Source: a virus
Taxonomy: Duplodnaviria > Heunggongvirae > Uroviricota > Caudoviricetes
Length of the DNA stretch: 24,546 nt
Virus record (IMG/VR): IMGVR_UViG_2872164251_000005
Reading direction: 5' to 3' (one strand)
The translations under genes and the position numbers were made by a program. Position 1 is the first letter of the stretch; the number at the start of each line of letters is the position of its first letter. Positions 8,352-19,775 of the stretch are shown piece by piece. Under the pieces are notes generated by a model, which was not told where the DNA came from, did not search any database, and saw only the letters and a list, made by a program, of their open reading frames with translations.

Positions 8352-8747
8352 ACCGGCACACACAAATCCGTCAGAGCGTGCTGGCACGCCTTCGGGAACA
8401 GTGTGGAGACAGCGCCACGTTTTTTGACGGGCTTCCGGCATTTATTGATGCGCAAACTGCCTGCCGTGGCGGTGTGGCTGAGTGATGCTCAGTACACCGG
8501 AAAAATGACGGATGGAGATGACTGGCAGGCTGTTCTGTATATTGCCGTCTTCATCCGGGCACAGGCACCGGATTCAGAGCTGGATATGTGGATGGAGAGC
8601 ACCATTTTCCCGGCCCTGAATGATGTACCGGCACTTTCCGGACTCATCGACACCCTGAACCCACTCGGTTTTAACTATCAACGTGATAATGAGATGGCTA
8701 CCTGGGCGATGGCGGAAATCACGTACCAGATCACGTACACGAATTAA
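8348..8747 (+). pseudogene. U: Lambda gpU-like tail terminator protein with a +1-nt frameshift near codon 36
   Basis: The frame from ATG 8348 gives MNRHTQIRQSVLARLREQCGDSATFFDGLPAFIDAQ and then stops at 8485. The rest of U (LPAVAVWLSDAQYTG...ITYQITYTN) is in the track ORF 8403-8747, shifted by one frame. The join lies in CAAA at 8453-8456; one fewer A gives an uninterrupted U of lambda-like length. Confidence 0.75.
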
Positions 8748-8757
8748 GGAGGTGGTA

Positions 8758-9498
8758 ATGACCACACCAAATCCACTGGCAAAAACGAAAGGTGCGGGAA
8801 CGACGTTATGGATGTATACCGGCAACGGCGACGCATTTGCGAACCCTTTGTCGGACACTGACTGGCTGCGTCTTGCGATGGTGAAGGATCTGCAACCTGG
8901 CGAGATGACCGCTGATGCAGAAGATGACACTTATCTCGATGATGAAGATGCAGACTGGAAAACGACAACCCAGGGGCAGAAATCCGTCGGTGATACTTCG
9001 GCGACGCTGGCCTGGCGTCCGGGTGACAGCGGGCAGAAAAAACTGGTTCAGTTGTTCGATTCCGGTGAAGTCTGCGCGTTTCGTATCAAATACCCCAACG
9101 GTACGGTTGATGTTTTCCGTGGCTGGCTGAGTTCACTGGGTAAAACCATTACCTCAAAAGAGGTGATGACCCGTACTGTAAAAATCAGCGGTGTGGGGCG
9201 TCCGTATCTGGCAGAGGAGGGCGCTGAAACCGTGGGTGTTACCGGACTGACGGTGGCACCGGCATCTGTCAGTGTCAAAGCGGGAGCAACCACCACACTG
9301 ACCTTTACAGTAAAACCTGACGGGGCCAGTGACAAAGCGATCAGTGTGCATTCGTCAGATCCTCAGACTGCTTCGGTGCCCCTGAGCGGGCTTGTGGCCA
9401 CGGTGAAAGGCGTGCAGCAGGGCAGTGTCAGCATCGTGGGCATGACCTCTGACGGAGAGTTTGTGGCAGTGGCTGCGGTGACCGTCAGCGCACCATAA
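8758..9498 (+). CDS. V: Lambda gpV-like major tail tube protein with C-terminal Ig-like domain
   Basis: 246 aa from the ATG at 8758 (RBS GGAGGTGG); the track ORF has a spurious 5' extension. N-terminus MTTPNPLAKTKGAGTTLWMY; C-terminal region TVAPASVSVKAGATTTLTFTVKP is Ig-like. Confidence 0.9.
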   Translation: MTTPNPLAKTKGAGTTLWMYTGNGDAFANPLSDTDWLRLAMVKDLQPGEMTADAEDDTYLDDEDADWKTTTQGQKSVGDTSATLAWRPGDSGQKKLVQLFDSGEVCAFRIKYPNGTVDVFRGWLSSLGKTITSKEVMTRTVKISGVGRPYLAEEGAETVGVTGLTVAPASVSVKAGATTTLTFTVKPDGASDKAISVHSSDPQTASVPLSGLVATVKGVQQGSVSIVGMTSDGEFVAVAAVTVSAP

Positions 9499-9517
9499 CA
9501 GGACGATACTCATCATT

Positions 9518-9540
9518 GCCCCGGTTATCCGGGGCTTTTT
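9518..9540 (+). terminator. Hairpin plus T5 just downstream of V (attenuator/terminator-like)
   Basis: Stem GCCCCGG / CCGGGGC (7 bp), loop TTAT, then CTTTTT. Confidence 0.45.
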
Positions 9541-9556
9541 GCATCCGGAGAACATG

Positions 9557-9943
9557 ATGTTTCTGAAACAGGATACGTTTAATTATGAAAAACAGTCCGT
9601 GGTGCTCAGTGAGCTGTCCGGGCTGCAGAGAATTGAATATCTGACGTTTGTTCAGCAGCGAAAGGCAAAGTTTGATGCACAGGAGGGAGAACTGCCGGAG
9701 GCTGAACGACAGATTGCTTTTCTGCGTATGGGAATGGATATCAATGCCTGGCTGGTTTCCCGCTCACTGTGGAATGCTGAGCAGTCTCAGGATGTTGAGA
9801 CGCTTTGCGCATCCATTATGACAACATGGTCGTATGATGCGCTGGGCGCGGGGGCGGAGAGGGTTCTGTCGCTGAGCGGTATGGGGACCATTGAGAATGC
9901 CGGGGATGATGATCATGAGGCGCTGACGCCGGAAAAGTCCTGA
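9557..9943 (+). CDS. G: Lambda gpG-like tail assembly chaperone
   Basis: Starts MFLKQDTF (lambda G starts MFLK); GGAG 6 nt upstream of ATG 9557. LSELSGLQRIEYL resembles the lambda G N-terminus. Confidence 0.85.
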   Translation: MFLKQDTFNYEKQSVVLSELSGLQRIEYLTFVQQRKAKFDAQEGELPEAERQIAFLRMGMDINAWLVSRSLWNAEQSQDVETLCASIMTTWSYDALGAGAERVLSLSGMGTIENAGDDDHEALTPEKS

Positions 9944-10281
9944 CGCGGGAAATGCAGTTTGTCATGCGGCTTGCCCGGGAGTTCCGGCGGGCAGACTGGC
10001 GGCAGATGCTGTCGGATATGTCGGCCACTGAGCTTGGTGAGTGGGGCGATTATTTCCGGATGCAGAGCTTCAGTGATGTGTGGATGGATGCGCAGTTTGC
10101 CTCGCTGAAGGCATTGATCGTGAGAATGGTGTCCGGCAGCAGCGATGCTGCGGTGGCTGATTTCAGCCTTTTACCGGAAGAGAACGGGATACCGGAGCGA
10201 ACGGACGAAGAACTGATGCATCTTGGGGAAGGTATTTCCGGAGGTGTGCGTTATGGACCAGATAGCCAACCTGGTCATTGA
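9557..10281 (+). CDS. T: gpG-T fusion chaperone made by -1 programmed ribosomal frameshift near the G 3' end
   Basis: The T frame is -1 relative to G, is open from 9919 and runs to 10281. The only window for the shift is 9919-9943, which contains G-GAA-AAG at 9931-9937, a non-canonical slippery-like heptamer. Confidence 0.6.
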
Positions 10282-13192
10282 TTTGGGGATTGATGCGGCA
10301 GAGTTTAAAAATGAAATTCCCCGTATCAAAAACCTTCTGAATGGTGCAGCCAGCGATGCAGAACGGTCTTCTGCCCGTATGCAGCGTTTTATGGAGCGTC
10401 AGACTCAGGCGGCCCGGCAGACAATGCAGGCGGCTTCTTCGGCTGCAACAGCAGCATCAGCCCATGCGCAGACGGTGGAGAAGAATGCACGGGCTCATGA
10501 ACGCATGGCCCGTGAGGTGGAACAAACCCGTCTGCGCGTGGATGCCCTGAATCAGAAAATGCGCGAGGAACAGGCGCAGGCCAGGGCACTGGCGGAGGCG
10601 CAGGATAAAGCGGCTGCCGCCTTTTATCGCCAGATTGACAGTGTGAAACAGGCCGGTGCGGGGCTTCAGGAATTACAGCGTATTCAGCAGCAGATCCGAC
10701 AGGCCAGAAACAGTGGCGGGGTTGGTCAGCAGGATTATCTGGCGCTGATTTCGGAGATCACGGCGAAAACCCGTGCCCTGACGCAGGCAGAGGAACAGGC
10801 CACCCGGCAGAAAGCGGCGTTTATCCGCCAGCTTAAAGAGCAGGCAACCCGCCAGAATCTGTCGTCTTCTGAGTTGCTTCGCGCCAGGGCGGCTCAGCTG
10901 GGGGTGTTAATCAGTCAGATGGCGCGCGGCAATTTTGGTGCGCTGAGGGGATCCGGGATAACGCTGGCTAACCGTGCCGGATGGACAGGCGCACTGATGT
11001 CGCCGAAAGGCATGATGACTGGCGGCGTTATTGGCGGACTTGTCGCGGCGGTCCTGGGTCTGGGTAAAGCCTGGCATGACGGCGGAAGGAGGGCGAGGAA
11101 TTTAACCGTCAGCTGGCGCTGACGGGACATTATGCCGGTGTCACTGTCGGGCAGTTGTGGAAACTCAGCCGGGCCATATCCGGGAATGGTATCACGCAAC
11201 ATGCGGCAGCCGGTGCGCTGGCACAGGTGGTGGGCAGTGGGGCATTTCATGGAAACGATATTGGTATGGTGGCGAAAGCTGCCGCACAGATGGAGCGATC
11301 GGTTGGCCAGTCGGTCAGCGATACCATAAATCAGTTTAAGCGGCTGAAGGATGATCCTGTAAATGCCGCGAAGGCGCTGGACAATGCGCTGCATTTTTTG
11401 ACTGCCACTCAGCTTGAGCAGATACGCGTCCTTGGGGAGCAGGGGCGGTCCAGTGATGCGGCCCGGATCGCCATGTCTGCGCTGGCAGAGGAAACCGGTA
11501 AACGCACATCTGATATTGATAATAATCTCAATGCGCTGGGTAGTACGCTGCAAACCTTGTCTGACTGGTGGAAGCAGTTCTGGGATGCGGCCATGAATAT
11601 TGGTCGTGAAGACTCGCTGGATGCGCAGATTGATGCGTTACAGGAAAAAATTCAGCGCGCGAAAAAATATCCGTGGACAAACGCCTCCACACAGGTGGAG
11701 TACGATCAGCAGCGTCTTAACGATCTTCAGGAGAAAAAACGCCGGAAGGATTTGCAGGATGCAAAAGCGCAGGCAGAACGGAATTACCAGGAGCAACAGA
11801 AACGCCGGAATGCTGAAAATGCCGCGCTGAACCGGATGAATGAAACGGAAGCTGCACGACATCAGCGGGAAATTGCGCGTATTAATGCCATGCAGTACGC
11901 CGACCAGGCTGTCAGGGATGCGGCGATACAGCGTGAAAATGAACGTTACGAAAAAGCCATTAAGAAAAATACACGGGCAACCCGTAATGATGAGGCCACC
12001 CGGTTATTGCTGCAGTACAGTCAGCAGCAGGCACAGGTGGAAGGGCAGATTGCTGCTGCCAGACAGTCAGCAGGCATTGCCACTGAAAGGATGACTGAAG
12101 CGCATAAACAGCTTCTGGCCCTGCAGCAGCGCATCAGCGACCTGGACGGGAAAAAGCTGACGGCAGATGAAAAGAGTGTGCTGGCCCGTAAGAATGAGCT
12201 GATTCAGGCGCTGACGCTGCTGGATGTGAAACAGCAGGAGCTGCAGAAACAGACAGCGCTTAACGACCTGAGAAAAAAAACGGTTCAGCTGACCAGCCAG
12301 CTGGCAGACAAAGAACGTGCACTGCGTGAGCAGCACAATCTGGATATTGCCACTGCAGGTATGGGGGATAAGCAGCGGCAGCGCTACCAGGCACAGTTGC
12401 GCATCCGGCAGGAATACCGGCAACAGTTGCAACAGCTTGAGAATGACAGTCGCCAGAAAGGCACTTACGGGACGGAGGACTACCGGAGGGCTGAGGAGGT
12501 GCTGAAGGGGAGCCTGAAGCGACAACTGAATGAAAACAAACGCTACTGGCAGGAACTGGAAGTGGCGCAGGGCGACTGGAAAAACGGTGCCATGCGGGCG
12601 TTTCAGAATTTTACGGCGGATGCGGATAATGCGGCGGGAACGGCAGAACAGATGTTTACAGTGGCATTCAGCAGTGCCGGTAATGCACTGGCGACATTCT
12701 GTACCACCGGTAAGCTGAATTTTAAATCCTTCACCTCTTCCCTGTTGTCAGATATGGCCAGAATTATGGCACAGATGGCCATGATGCAGGCGGTAAAGGG
12801 CGTCGGTTCTTTATTCGGCTTCACGACTAATGCTGATGGCGGTGTTTACCAGTCTGCTGATTTGAGTCGCTACAGTGGCACGGTGGTTAACCGTCCGACG
12901 TTTTTTGCTTTTGCAAAAGGCGCGGGTGTGATGGGGGAAGCGGGACCTGAAGCCATTCTGCCACTGCGTCGCGGTGCTGATGGTAAGCTGGGGGGTTGTG
13001 GCGGATACTGGTGGTTCAGGCATGGTGATGTTTGCCCCGCAGTACAACATTGAGATCAATAACGACGGCACGAACGGGCAGATAGGTCCGGCTGCCCTGA
13101 AGGTGGTTTATGACCTCGGGAAAAAAGCGGCCGCGGACTTTATGCAACAGCAGGCCCGTGATGGTGGCCGGTTAAGTGGAGCATACCGGTAA
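10253..13192 (+). pseudogene. H: Lambda gpH-like tail tape measure protein, interrupted by two 1-nt frameshifts
   Basis: Three frames carry consecutive H segments: 10253-11122 (MDQIANLVIDLGIDAAEF...AWHDGG), 11086-13053 (EEFNRQLALTG...RRGADGKLG) and 12993-13192 (VVADTG...NNDGTNGQIGPAALKVVYDL, matching the lambda H C-terminus). Shift 1 is a 1-nt loss at GGAAGG 11084-11089; shift 2 is an extra G in G6 at 12990-12995. Confidence 0.8.
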
Positions 13193-13521
13193 TGGAGACG
13201 TTTCACTGGAAAGTGCGCCCGGATATGAATGTGGTATCAGAGCCGAAAGTGGTGACAGTGAAGCTGGGCGATGGTTATGAACAGCGTCGTGCGGCGGGAC
13301 TGAATAACCAGTTGTCGACTTACAGCGTGACGATACGTGTTCGTAAAGGTGAACACCCATCTTTAAAAGCCTTTCTGGAACGGCACGGTGGCGTCCGCGC
13401 ATTTCAGTGGACGCCACCTTATGACTGGAAACTGATCAGGGAGGTTTGTCGTAAATGGTCGGCAAGCGTGGGGGCGTTATGGGTGACTGTAACGGCCGAT
13501 TTTGAACAGGTGGTGAACTGA
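13192..13521 (+). CDS. M: Lambda gpM-like tail tip assembly protein
   Basis: 109 aa, same length as lambda M; FGDGY..R, HGG and WTPPY.W motifs shared; C-terminus FEQVVN. Start overlaps the H stop as TAATG. Confidence 0.9.
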   Translation: METFHWKVRPDMNVVSEPKVVTVKLGDGYEQRRAAGLNNQLSTYSVTIRVRKGEHPSLKAFLERHGGVRAFQWTPPYDWKLIREVCRKWSASVGALWVTVTADFEQVVN

Positions 13522-14219
13522 TGCAGGATATCCGGCAGGAAACACTGAATGAATGCACCCGTGCGGAGCAGTCAGCCCGGGTGGAGCTCTGGGAAATCGA
13601 TCTGACAGAGGTCGGTGGTGAGCGTTATTTTTTCTGTAATGAGCAGAACGAAAAAGGTGAGCCGGTCACCTGGCAGGGGCGGCAGTATCAGGCATACCCC
13701 ATTCAGGGGGCGGGGTTTGAACTGAACGGCAGGGGCTGTGCTGCCCGTCCGACACTGACGGTCTCTAACCTGCACGGCATGGTCACCGGGATGGCGGAAG
13801 ATCTGCAGAGTCTGGTCGGCGGAACGGTGGTCCGGCGTAAGGTTTACGACCGTTTTCTGGATGCGGTGAACTTCGTCAACGGAAACAGCGACGCCGATCC
13901 GGAACAGGAGGTGATCAGCCGCTGGCGCATCGAGCAGTGCAGCGAACTGAGCGCGGTCAGTGCCTCTTTTGTGCTGGCCACACCAACGGAGACGGATGGC
14001 GCGGTTTTCCCGGGGCGTATCATGCTGGCGAATACCTGTATGTGGACTTACCGTTCTGATGAGTGTGGTTACACGGGCAGGGCAGTGGCTGACGAGTTCG
14101 ACAAACCAACGACGGATATCCGGAAGGACAAATGCAGCAAGTGTATGCGCGGGTGTGAGTTGCGCAACAATACCGGTAATTTCGGCGGTTTCCTTTCCAT
14201 CAATAAACTTTCTCAGTAA
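13521..14219 (+). CDS. L: Lambda gpL-like tail tip protein (C-terminal cysteine cluster)
   Basis: 232 aa, same length as lambda L; C-terminal CGYTG...CSKCMRGCELRNN cysteine motif. Start overlaps the M stop as TGATG. Confidence 0.9.
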   Translation: MQDIRQETLNECTRAEQSARVELWEIDLTEVGGERYFFCNEQNEKGEPVTWQGRQYQAYPIQGAGFELNGRGCAARPTLTVSNLHGMVTGMAEDLQSLVGGTVVRRKVYDRFLDAVNFVNGNSDADPEQEVISRWRIEQCSELSAVSASFVLATPTETDGAVFPGRIMLANTCMWTYRSDECGYTGRAVADEFDKPTTDIRKDKCSKCMRGCELRNNTGNFGGFLSINKLSQ

Positions 14220-14223
14220 ATCC

Positions 14224-14967
14224 ATGACACAGACAGAATCAGCGATTCTGGCGCACGCCCGGCGATGTGCGCCAGCGGAGTCGTGTGGATTCGTGGTGAG
14301 AACGCCGGAGGGAGACAGGTATCTTCCCAGCGAGAATATCTCCGGTGAGCCGGAGGAACGGTTCCGGATGGCTCCGGAGGACTGGCTGCGGGCACAAATG
14401 CAGGGTGAGATTGTGGCACTGGTCCACAGTCATCCCGGTGGTCTGCCCTGGCTGAGTGAGGCTGACCGGCGGCTGCAGGTGCAGAGTGATTTGCCGTGGT
14501 GGCTGGTCTGCCGGGGGGCGATTCACAAGTTCCGCTGTGTGCCGCATCTCACCGGGCGGCGCTTTGAGCACGGGGTGACGGACTGTTACACGCTGTTCCG
14601 GGATGCTTATCATCTGGCGGGGATTGAGATGCCGGATTTTCACCGCGGGGATGACTGGTGGCGTCACGGTCAGAATCTCTATCTGGATAATCTGGAGGCC
14701 ACAGGGCTGTATCAGGTGCCGTTGTCATCAGCACAACCGGGCGATGTGCTGCTGTGCTGTTTTGGTTCATCGGTGCCGAATCATGCCGCCATTTACTGCG
14801 GCGATGGTGAGCTGCTGCACCATATTCCTGAACAACTGAGTAAACGAGAGAGGTATACCGACAAATGGCAGCGACGCACACACTCCCTCTGGCGTCACCG
14901 GGAATGGCACGCATCTGCCTTTACGGGGATTTGCAACGATTTGGCCGCCGCATCGACCTTCGTGTGA
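14224..14967 (+). CDS. K: Lambda gpK-like tail tip protein with JAMM/MPN and NlpC/P60 motifs
   Basis: 247 aa from ATG 14224 (the track ORF 13960-14967 has a 5' extension overlapping L). HSHPGG...SEAD is a JAMM-type motif; DCYTLF and a downstream His are NlpC/P60-like. The 3' end overlaps I by about 100 nt. Confidence 0.85.
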   Translation: MTQTESAILAHARRCAPAESCGFVVRTPEGDRYLPSENISGEPEERFRMAPEDWLRAQMQGEIVALVHSHPGGLPWLSEADRRLQVQSDLPWWLVCRGAIHKFRCVPHLTGRRFEHGVTDCYTLFRDAYHLAGIEMPDFHRGDDWWRHGQNLYLDNLEATGLYQVPLSSAQPGDVLLCCFGSSVPNHAAIYCGDGELLHHIPEQLSKRERYTDKWQRRTHSLWRHREWHASAFTGICNDLAAASTFV

Positions 14968-15505
14968 AAACGGGGGCTGAAGCCATCCGCGCACTGGCCA
15001 CACAGCTCCCGGCGTTTCGTCAGAAACTGAGTGACGGCTGGTATCAGGTGCGCATTGCCGGGCGTGATGCAGGTGAAACCGAATTGTCTGCCCGTCTTAA
15101 TGAGCCGCTGGCAAATGGTGCAGTGATCCACATAGTACCGCGTCTGGTGGGAGCTAAAAGTGGCGGTGTGTTTCAGGCGGTGCTGGGGGCAGCTGTTATG
15201 GCGGTTGCTATATGGATGCCGGGGTAGGAATTATGGCGAGTAATCTGCTGTTTTCTCTCGGTGCCAGTATGACGCTTGGCGGTGTTGCACAGATGCTGGC
15301 ACCGAAAGCCAGAACTCCCCGTACACAGACAACGGATAACGGCAAACAGAACACCTGTTTCTCCTCACTGGATAACATGGTTGCCCAGGGCAATGTTCTG
15401 CCTGTTCTGTACGGTGAAATGCGCGTGGGGTCGCGGGTGGTATCTCAGGAGATCAGCACGGCAGACGAAGGGGATGGTGGTCAGGTTGTGGTGATTGGTC
15501 GCTGA
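14865..15505 (+). pseudogene. I: Lambda gpI-like tail tip assembly protein, interrupted by a 1-nt deletion in a G-run
   Basis: N-terminal part MAATHTLPLASPGMARICLYGDLQRFGRRIDLRVKTG matches lambda I and stops at 15227. The C-terminal part (LFSLGASM..GGVAQMLAPKARTPR.QTTDNGKQNT.FSSLDNMVAQGNVLPVLYGEMRVGSRVVSQEISTADEGDGGQVVVIGR) is in the -1 frame in track ORF 15212-15505. One added G at GGGG 15220-15223 restores a continuous protein. Confidence 0.8.
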
Positions 15506-15523
15506 TGCAAAATGTTTCATGTG

Positions 15524-15545
15524 AAACCGCCTGCGGGCGGTTTTG
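15524..15545 (+). terminator. Hairpin plus T-run between I and J (terminator/attenuator-like)
   Basis: Stem AAACCGCC / GGCGGTTT (8 bp), loop TGCG, followed by TTTTGTCGTTT. Confidence 0.45.
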
Positions 15546-15565
15546 TCGTTTATGGAGCGTGAGGA

Positions 15566-18500
15566 ATGGGTAAAGGCAGCAGTAAGGGGCATACCCCGCG
15601 CGAAGCGAAGGACAACCTGAAATCCACGCAGTTGCTGAGTGTGATTGATGCCATCAGCGAAGGGCCGGTTGACGGTCCGGTGGATGGATTAAAAAGCGTG
15701 CTGCTGAACGGTACGCCGGTCCTGGACAGCGAGGGGAAGACAAACTTTTCCGGTGTTACGGTGGTGTTCCGCGCCGGCGAGCAGGAGCAGACACCGCCGG
15801 AGGGGTTTGAATCTTCCGGCTCAGAGACTGTGCTGGGTACGGAAGTGAAATACGACACGCCGATCACCCGGACCATCACGTCGGCAAACATTGATCGTCT
15901 GCGCCTGACCTTCGGTGTGCAGGCACTGGTGGAAACCACCTCAAAGGGGGACCGGAATCCGTCGGAAGTCCGCCTGCTGGTTCAGATACAGCGTAACGGT
16001 GGCTGGGTGACGGAAAAAGACATCACCATTAAGGGCAAAACCACTTCGCAGTATCTGGCCTCGGTGGTGGTGGGTAACCTGCCGCCGCGCCCGTTTAATA
16101 TCCGGATGCGCAGGATGACACCGGACAGCACCACAGACCAGCTGCAGAACAAAACGCTCTGGTCGTCGTACACCGAAATCATCGATGTGAAACAGTGCTA
16201 CCCGAACACGGCGCTGGTCGGCGTGCAGGTGGATTCAGAGCAGTTCGGTAACCAGCAGGTGAGTCGCAATTATCATCTTCGCGGGCGCATTCTGCAGGTG
16301 CCGTCGAACTATAACCCGCAGACGCGGCAATACAGCGGTATCTGGGACGGAACGCTTAAGCCAGCATACAGCAACAACATGGCCTGGTGTCTGTGGGACA
16401 TGCTCACTCATCCGCGCTACGGCATGGGGAAACGTCTTGGTGCGGCAGATGTGGACAAATGGGCGCTGTATGTCATCGGCCAGTACTGCGACCAGTCAGT
16501 GCCGGACGGATTTGGCGGCACGGAGCCGCGCATCACCTGTAACGCTTACCTGACCACACAGCGTAAGGCGTGGGATGTTCTCAGTGATTTCTGCTCGGCG
16601 ATGCGCTGTATGCCGGTATGGAACGGGCAGACGCTGACGTTCGTGCAGGACCGACCGTCGGATAAAGTGTGGACCTATAACCGCAGTAATGTGGTGATGC
16701 CGGATGATGGCGCGCCGTTCCGCTACAGCTTCAGCGCCCTGAAGGACCGCCATAATGTCGTTGAGGTGAACTGGATTGATCCGGACAACGGTCATGAGAC
16801 GGCGACAGAGCTTGTGGAGGACACGCAGGCCATTGTCCGTTACGGTCGTAACGTCACGAAGATGGATGCCTTTGGCTGTACCAGCCGGGGACAGGCGCAC
16901 CGCGCCGGGCTGTGGCTGATTAAAACGGAACTGCTGGAAACGCAGACCGTGGACTTCAGCGTCGGCGCAGAAGGGCTTCGCCATGTACCGGGTGATGTCA
17001 TTGAAATCTGCGATGATGATTATGCCGGTATCAGCACCGGTGGTCGCGTACTGGCGGTGAACAGCCAGACCCGGACGCTGACGCTCGACCGTGAAATCAC
17101 GCTGCCGTCCTCCGGTACCACGCTGATAAGCCTGGTTGACGGAAATGGCAATCCGGTCAGCGTGGAGGTTCAGTCCGTCACCGACGGCGTGAAGGTGAAA
17201 GTGAGCCGGGTTCCTGACGGCGTTGCAGAATACAGCGTGTGGGGGCTGAAGCTGCCGACGCTGCGCCAGCGCCTGTTCCGCTGCGTGAGTATCCGTGAGA
17301 ACGACGACGGCACGTATGCCATCACCGCCGTGCAGCATGTGCCGGAAAAAGAGGCCATCGTGGATAACGGGGCACACTTTGACGGTGACCGGCGCGGCAC
17401 GGTGAATGGTGTCACGCCGCCAGCGGTGCAGCATCTGACCGCCGAAGTCACCGCAGACAGCGGGGAATATCAGGTGCTGGAGCGATGGGACACGCCGAAG
17501 GTGGTGAAGGGTGTGAGCTTCCTGCTTCGCCTGACCGTGGCAGCGGACGACGGCAGTGAGCGGCTGGTCAGCACAGGCAGGACGACGGAAACCACATACC
17601 GCTTCAGGCAGCTGGCGCTGGGGAATTACAGTCTGACAGTCCGGGCGGTAAATGCCCGGGGGCAGCAGGGCGATCCGGCGTCGGTATCGTTCCGGATTGC
17701 GGCACCGGCAGCGCCTGTCACTATTGAACTGATACCGGGGTATTTTCAGATAACGGTGGTCCCGAAACTGGCTGTATATGACCCGACGGTGCAGTTTGAG
17801 TTCTGGTTTTCGGAAAAGCGGATTGCGGATATCAGGCAGGTTGAAACCAGCGCCCGCTATCTTGGCACGGCGCTGTACTGGATAGCCGCCAGTATCAATA
17901 TCAGGCCGGGCCATGATTATTATTTTTACGTTCGCAGTGTGAACACCGTTGGCAAATCGGCATTTGTGGAGGCCGTCGGTCGGGCGAGCGATTATGCGGA
18001 AGGTTATCTGAGTTTTTATAAAGGGTTGATCAATAAAACGCATCTCGGCAAGGAGTTGTGGACGCAGATTGATAACGGTCAGCTTGCGCCGGACCTGACT
18101 GAAATCAGGACGTCCATTACGAATGTCAGCAATGAAATCACGCAAACCGTCAATAAAACACTGGAAAATCAGAGTGCTGCAATCCAGCAGATACAGAAAG
18201 TTCAGGTTGATACAAATAATAACCTGAACAGCATGTGGGCTGTGAAGCTGCAACAGATGAAGGACGGACGCCTTTATATTGCGGGTATCGGTGCCGGTAT
18301 TGAGAATACGCCAGCAGGAATGCAGAGTCAGGTGCTGCTGGCGGCAGACAGGATTGCGATGATTAATCCTGCGAATGGCAACACAAAGCCGATGTTTGTT
18401 GGTCAGGGCGATCAGATATTCATGAACGACGTGTTCCTGAAACGCCTGACGGCTCCGACCATTACCAGCGGCGGTAATCCTCCGGCATTTTCCCTGACAC

Positions 18501-19045
18501 CTGGCGGACGGCTGACGGCGAAAAATGCCGATATCAGCGGTAACGTGAACGCGAACTCCGGGACGCTCAACAACGTCACGACTAATAAGAACTGTCGGGT
18601 TCTGGGAAAATTGTCCGCGAACCAGATTGAAGGCGATCTCGTTAAAACAGTGGGCAAACCTTTCCCACGGGACTCCCGGGCACCGGAGAGGTGGCCATCA
18701 GGGACCATTACCGTCAGGGTTTATGACGATCAGCCGTTTGATCGGCAAATTGTTATTCCCGCGGTGGCGTTTCGCGGTGCTAAACATGAGCGGAAGAATA
18801 ACAATATTTATTCGTCATGCCGCCTGATAGTGAAGAAAAACGGTGCTGAAATTTATAACCGAACGACCCTGGATAATACGCTGATATATACGGGTGTTAT
18901 TGATATGCCTGCCGGTCACGGTCACATGACGCTGGAGTTTTCTGTATCGGCATGGCTGGTAAATGGCTGGTATCCCACAGCAAGTATCAGCGATTTGCTG
19001 GTTGTTGTGATGAAGAAAGCCACTGCAGGCATCACGATTAGCTGA
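15566..19045 (+). CDS. J: Lambda gpJ-like central tail fibre / host specificity protein, with a C-terminal domain that differs from lambda
   Basis: 1159 aa. N-terminal two-thirds closely matches lambda J ([24 protein letters not shown]...). The last 150-250 residues do not match the lambda J receptor-binding end as remembered. Confidence 0.95.
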   Translation: MGKGSSKGHTPREAKDNLKSTQLLSVIDAISEGPVDGPVDGLKSVLLNGTPVLDSEGKTNFSGVTVVFRAGEQEQTPPEGFESSGSETVLGTEVKYDTPITRTITSANIDRLRLTFGVQALVETTSKGDRNPSEVRLLVQIQRNGGWVTEKDITIKGKTTSQYLASVVVGNLPPRPFNIRMRRMTPDSTTDQLQNKTLWSSYTEIIDVKQCYPNTALVGVQVDSEQFGNQQVSRNYHLRGRILQVPSNYNPQTRQYSGIWDGTLKPAYSNNMAWCLWDMLTHPRYGMGKRLGAADVDKWALYVIGQYCDQSVPDGFGGTEPRITCNAYLTTQRKAWDVLSDFCSAMRCMPVWNGQTLTFVQDRPSDKVWTYNRSNVVMPDDGAPFRYSFSALKDRHNVVEVNWIDPDNGHETATELVEDTQAIVRYGRNVTKMDAFGCTSRGQAHRAGLWLIKTELLETQTVDFSVGAEGLRHVPGDVIEICDDDYAGISTGGRVLAVNSQTRTLTLDREITLPSSGTTLISLVDGNGNPVSVEVQSVTDGVKVKVSRVPDGVAEYSVWGLKLPTLRQRLFRCVSIRENDDGTYAITAVQHVPEKEAIVDNGAHFDGDRRGTVNGVTPPAVQHLTAEVTADSGEYQVLERWDTPKVVKGVSFLLRLTVAADDGSERLVSTGRTTETTYRFRQLALGNYSLTVRAVNARGQQGDPASVSFRIAAPAAPVTIELIPGYFQITVVPKLAVYDPTVQFEFWFSEKRIADIRQVETSARYLGTALYWIAASINIRPGHDYYFYVRSVNTVGKSAFVEAVGRASDYAEGYLSFYKGLINKTHLGKELWTQIDNGQLAPDLTEIRTSITNVSNEITQTVNKTLENQSAAIQQIQKVQVDTNNNLNSMWAVKLQQMKDGRLYIAGIGAGIENTPAGMQSQVLLAADRIAMINPANGNTKPMFVGQGDQIFMNDVFLKRLTAPTITSGGNPPAFSLTPGGRLTAKNADISGNVNANSGTLNNVTTNKNCRVLGKLSANQIEGDLVKTVGKPFPRDSRAPERWPSGTITVRVYDDQPFDRQIVIPAVAFRGAKHERKNNNIYSSCRLIVKKNGAEIYNRTTLDNTLIYTGVIDMPAGHGHMTLEFSVSAWLVNGWYPTASISDLLVVVMKKATAGITIS

Positions 19046-19064
19046 ATTTTATAACCCAGATACG

Positions 19065-19088
19065 GGCACCAGAAATGGTGCCTTTTTT
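19065..19088 (+). terminator. Intrinsic terminator after J
   Basis: Stem GGCACC / GGTGCC, loop AGAAAT, followed by TTTTTT. Confidence 0.7.
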
Positions 19089-19112
19089 ATTGCAGAAAAG
19101 CGAGAGGTAATT

Positions 19113-19712
19113 ATGCGTAAAGTTTGTGCAGCCATTTTGTCCGCAGCCATCTGTCTGGCTGTATCCGGTGCGCCTGCATGGGCGTCTGAACATCAGTCCA
19201 CGCTGAGCGCCGGGTATCTTCAGCCCCATACTGATATGCCAGGCAGCGATGACCTGAAGGGCATTAACGTGAAATACCGTTATGAGTTTACGGACACGCT
19301 GGGGCTGGTGACGTCATTCAGCTATGCCAACGCTGAAGATGAGCAAAAAACGCATTACAGCGATACCCGCTGGCATGAGGATTCCGTGCGTAACCGCTGG
19401 TTCAGCGTGATGGCGGGGCCGTCTGTGCGCGTGAATGAATGGTTCAGCGCGTATGCGATGGCGGGCGTGGCTTACAGCCGTGTGTCGACCTTCTCCGGGG
19501 ATTATCTCCGCGTAACTGACAACAAGGGGAAAACGCACGATGTGCTGACCGGGAGTGATGACAACCGCCACAGCAACACGTCTCTGGCGTGGGGGGCTGG
19601 TGTGCAGTTTAACCCGACCGAATCCGTGGCCATTGACCTTGCTTATGAAGGTTCCGGCAGTGGCGACTGGCGCACTGACGGTTTCATTGTGGGTGTCGGT
19701 TATAAGTTCTGA
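19113..19712 (+). CDS. lom: Lom / Ail-family outer membrane protein (prophage cargo gene)
   Basis: 199 aa with a signal-peptide-like N-terminus. LKGINVKYRYE, SVMAGP, AYAMAGVA and C-terminal AYEGSGSGDWRTDGFIVGVGYKF match lambda Lom as remembered. Confidence 0.9.
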   Translation: MRKVCAAILSAAICLAVSGAPAWASEHQSTLSAGYLQPHTDMPGSDDLKGINVKYRYEFTDTLGLVTSFSYANAEDEQKTHYSDTRWHEDSVRNRWFSVMAGPSVRVNEWFSAYAMAGVAYSRVSTFSGDYLRVTDNKGKTHDVLTGSDDNRHSNTSLAWGAGVQFNPTESVAIDLAYEGSGSGDWRTDGFIVGVGYKF

Positions 19713-19738
19713 TTAGCCAGGTAACACAGTGTTATGAC

Positions 19739-19764
19739 AGCCCGCTGGTTCAGGCGGGCTTTTT
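19739..19764 (+). terminator. Intrinsic terminator after lom
   Basis: Stem AGCCCGC / GCGGGCT, loop TGGTTCAG, followed by TTTT. Confidence 0.65.
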
Positions 19765-19775
19765 GTGGGGTGAAT

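Noticed and set aside
10915-12525. Minus-strand ORFs of 212 aa and 152 aa
   Set aside because: Antisense to the tape measure gene H; open by chance because of H's biased codon composition.
13960-14223. 5' extension of track ORF 13960-14967
   Set aside because: It overlaps gpL in another frame; the lambda-like K protein begins at ATG 14224 (MTQTESAILAHARRC).
16496-18253. 585-aa ORF on the minus strand
   Set aside because: It lies entirely antisense to gpJ, which has strong similarity to lambda J; the composition is Arg/His/Cys-rich, typical of an antisense frame of GC-rich coding DNA.
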